Of a DNA stretch of 64,000 bases, positions 62,914 to 64,000 are shown in pieces. The stretch comes from Sphaerodactylus townsendi. Taxonomy: Eukaryota. Below the pieces are notes generated by a model. That model searched no databases and was not told the origin of the DNA. It was given only the letters and a program-made list of their open reading frames with translations. The stretch is taken from contig NC_059431.1 of assembly GCF_021028975.2 (NCBI RefSeq), positions 53,072,001 to 53,136,000 on the forward strand, read 5' to 3'. Numbering within the stretch: the first letter of the stretch is position 1; each line of letters opens with the position of its first letter. A program made the position numbers and the translations under genes.

Positions 62914-63822
62914 TTCCTCTTCAAGGTAATTGGCTTCAATATAGATAGCCTGGGGCGTTTGTTCTTCTCTGTCGCTGTTATATCGCGTCAAGCTGTTATT
63001 TAATGCTTACGTTTTATCTAGTGCCAGCAATGCCGATTCAAGCATATTTGTGACTCCAATTCCTTAATTCCCCCTGTACAGCAGAACACCGGTAGTTCAG
63101 TTGTGCCGAGTTTCGAGGTAAATGTTGTCTAGCTCTTTCTGCACTCCGTTCTACTGTTTATCTTCCGTTTTCCGCCTTAAAGCGGTCTTCCGTTTCGCAC
63201 CTTTGCTCCGGAAGAGGAGGGAGTGCTTTAGCCGTTCATTCCGGCTCGTCTATGTCCTGCCTTAAAGTGCCCCTACTTCGGTATTGAGTGGTAAAAGAGA
63301 AAAAAAAGTTTGTCTTACTGAGTCTTTCTCGAGTCTTCAGTCTCTCGTCACGCAGCTGTTTGGTTTTTTTTTCCCGCCGATATCTCTCTATTCAGCGTTT
63401 TTTTTTTGCTCCGGGTAGCGGGTGAGTCGTCTTCAGCGTTCGCGGCGGCTCCCTTCCCAGCTCTTTTTCTTGCACGGAGCTCTCAGTGTTTCAGGTAAGT
63501 TAATTTTCTGTTAGCACAGCGTACTTTTCGCGTCTCGTTCAAGGTTTCTAAAAGTTTTTCTTACTGTTTTTTCGTATACCAAATACGGTTGGTCTTCTGC
63601 TCCCGTCTTAAAATCCCCCTTGGAATGAGCGGCAGGGCTGTCTCCCCACTCCCCCGCCGAAAAACGGGGTGTCAGAGGAAACTAACCACCTCTGCCTTCT
63701 ATCTGGTTCTTCCCCCCTTTGTGGGGTTGAAATTATTGATCCGTTACTTACGGATCAAAAAGATATTTGGGGATTAAAACCTGCGGTGGTTAATGACGTT
63801 CTCTCGGAGCTGCGATCCAACC
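62914..63822 (-). promoter_or_regulatory. L1 5' UTR / internal promoter (CpG-rich)
   Basis: Lies upstream of ORF1; many CpGs retained; several CTTCCG/CGGAAG ETS-like cores. Confidence 0.65.
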
Positions 63823-63910
63823 GGAAGACTGGGCTGCGATGCCCTGAAAGGCAATGATAAACTATGAGGTGGCACTTCAAGAACTTCAACAATATTCCCC
63901 TTCCCCACTC
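63823..63910 (+). repeat. 88-bp direct repeat flanking the L1, right copy
   Basis: 87/88 identical to 58063-58150. Confidence 0.95.
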
Positions 63911-64000
63911 TTGTGATAGTCAGTTTTGGGGTTCGCACCTTCTACATAAATGCTGATAAACTTTATATAAGGCCAACGGTCAGCATGTTTAATAATTATG

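Larger units (their letters stand above)
58151..63822 (-). mobile_element. Near full-length L1 LINE (5.67 kb) in the last FBXL17 intron, sense to the gene
   Basis: CpG-rich 5' UTR, ORF1, 91-bp spacer, ORF2 (EN-RT-CCHC), bounded by the 88-bp direct repeat; no poly(A) tail. Confidence 0.95.

Noticed and set aside
58063-63910. The 88-bp direct repeats as LTRs of an LTR element
   Set aside because: No TG...CA ends, PBS or PPT; the interior is an APE-RT L1; the left copy is continuous with an upstream SINE remnant, so the repeat is host target DNA.

Overview
Vertebrate genomic DNA, most likely a squamate and plausibly a gecko (inferred from the Squam3-like and 5S-headed SINEs and the lizard-type L1, Penelope and Gmr1 repeats). 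The only host coding sequence I can support is the terminal exon of FBXL17 on the minus strand (47879-48016, VNEVTVEQLVQQHPHITFSTVLQDCKRTLERAYQMGWTPSMSTAS*). Sequence to its right is therefore the last FBXL17 intron; sequence to its left is 3' UTR and then intergenic DNA (toward EFNA5 if mammalian synteny holds). The rest is mostly transposons. (1) A CpG-rich, apparently young Gmr1-type Gypsy LTR retrotransposon at 1-5025, with a SCAN-domain gag, PR-IN-RT-RH order, a single G-run frameshift, a PPT and a 926-bp 3' LTR. (2) A near full-length L1 at 58151-63822 (minus), with no poly(A) tail and an 88-bp flanking direct repeat. (3) Penelope-like elements, including a GIY-YIG fragment and hairpin copies carrying minimal hammerhead ribozymes. 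(4) A decayed DIRS tyrosine recombinase split by nested insertions. (5) At least five solo LTRs with 5-bp TSDs, five hAT elements with 8-bp TSDs, a Tc1/mariner-superfamily MITE, CR1/L2 fragments, SINEs and microsatellites. I see no clearly new multi-gene system. The best leads are the atypical L1 insertion, the near-intact SCAN-bearing Gmr1 element and the hammerhead hairpins.
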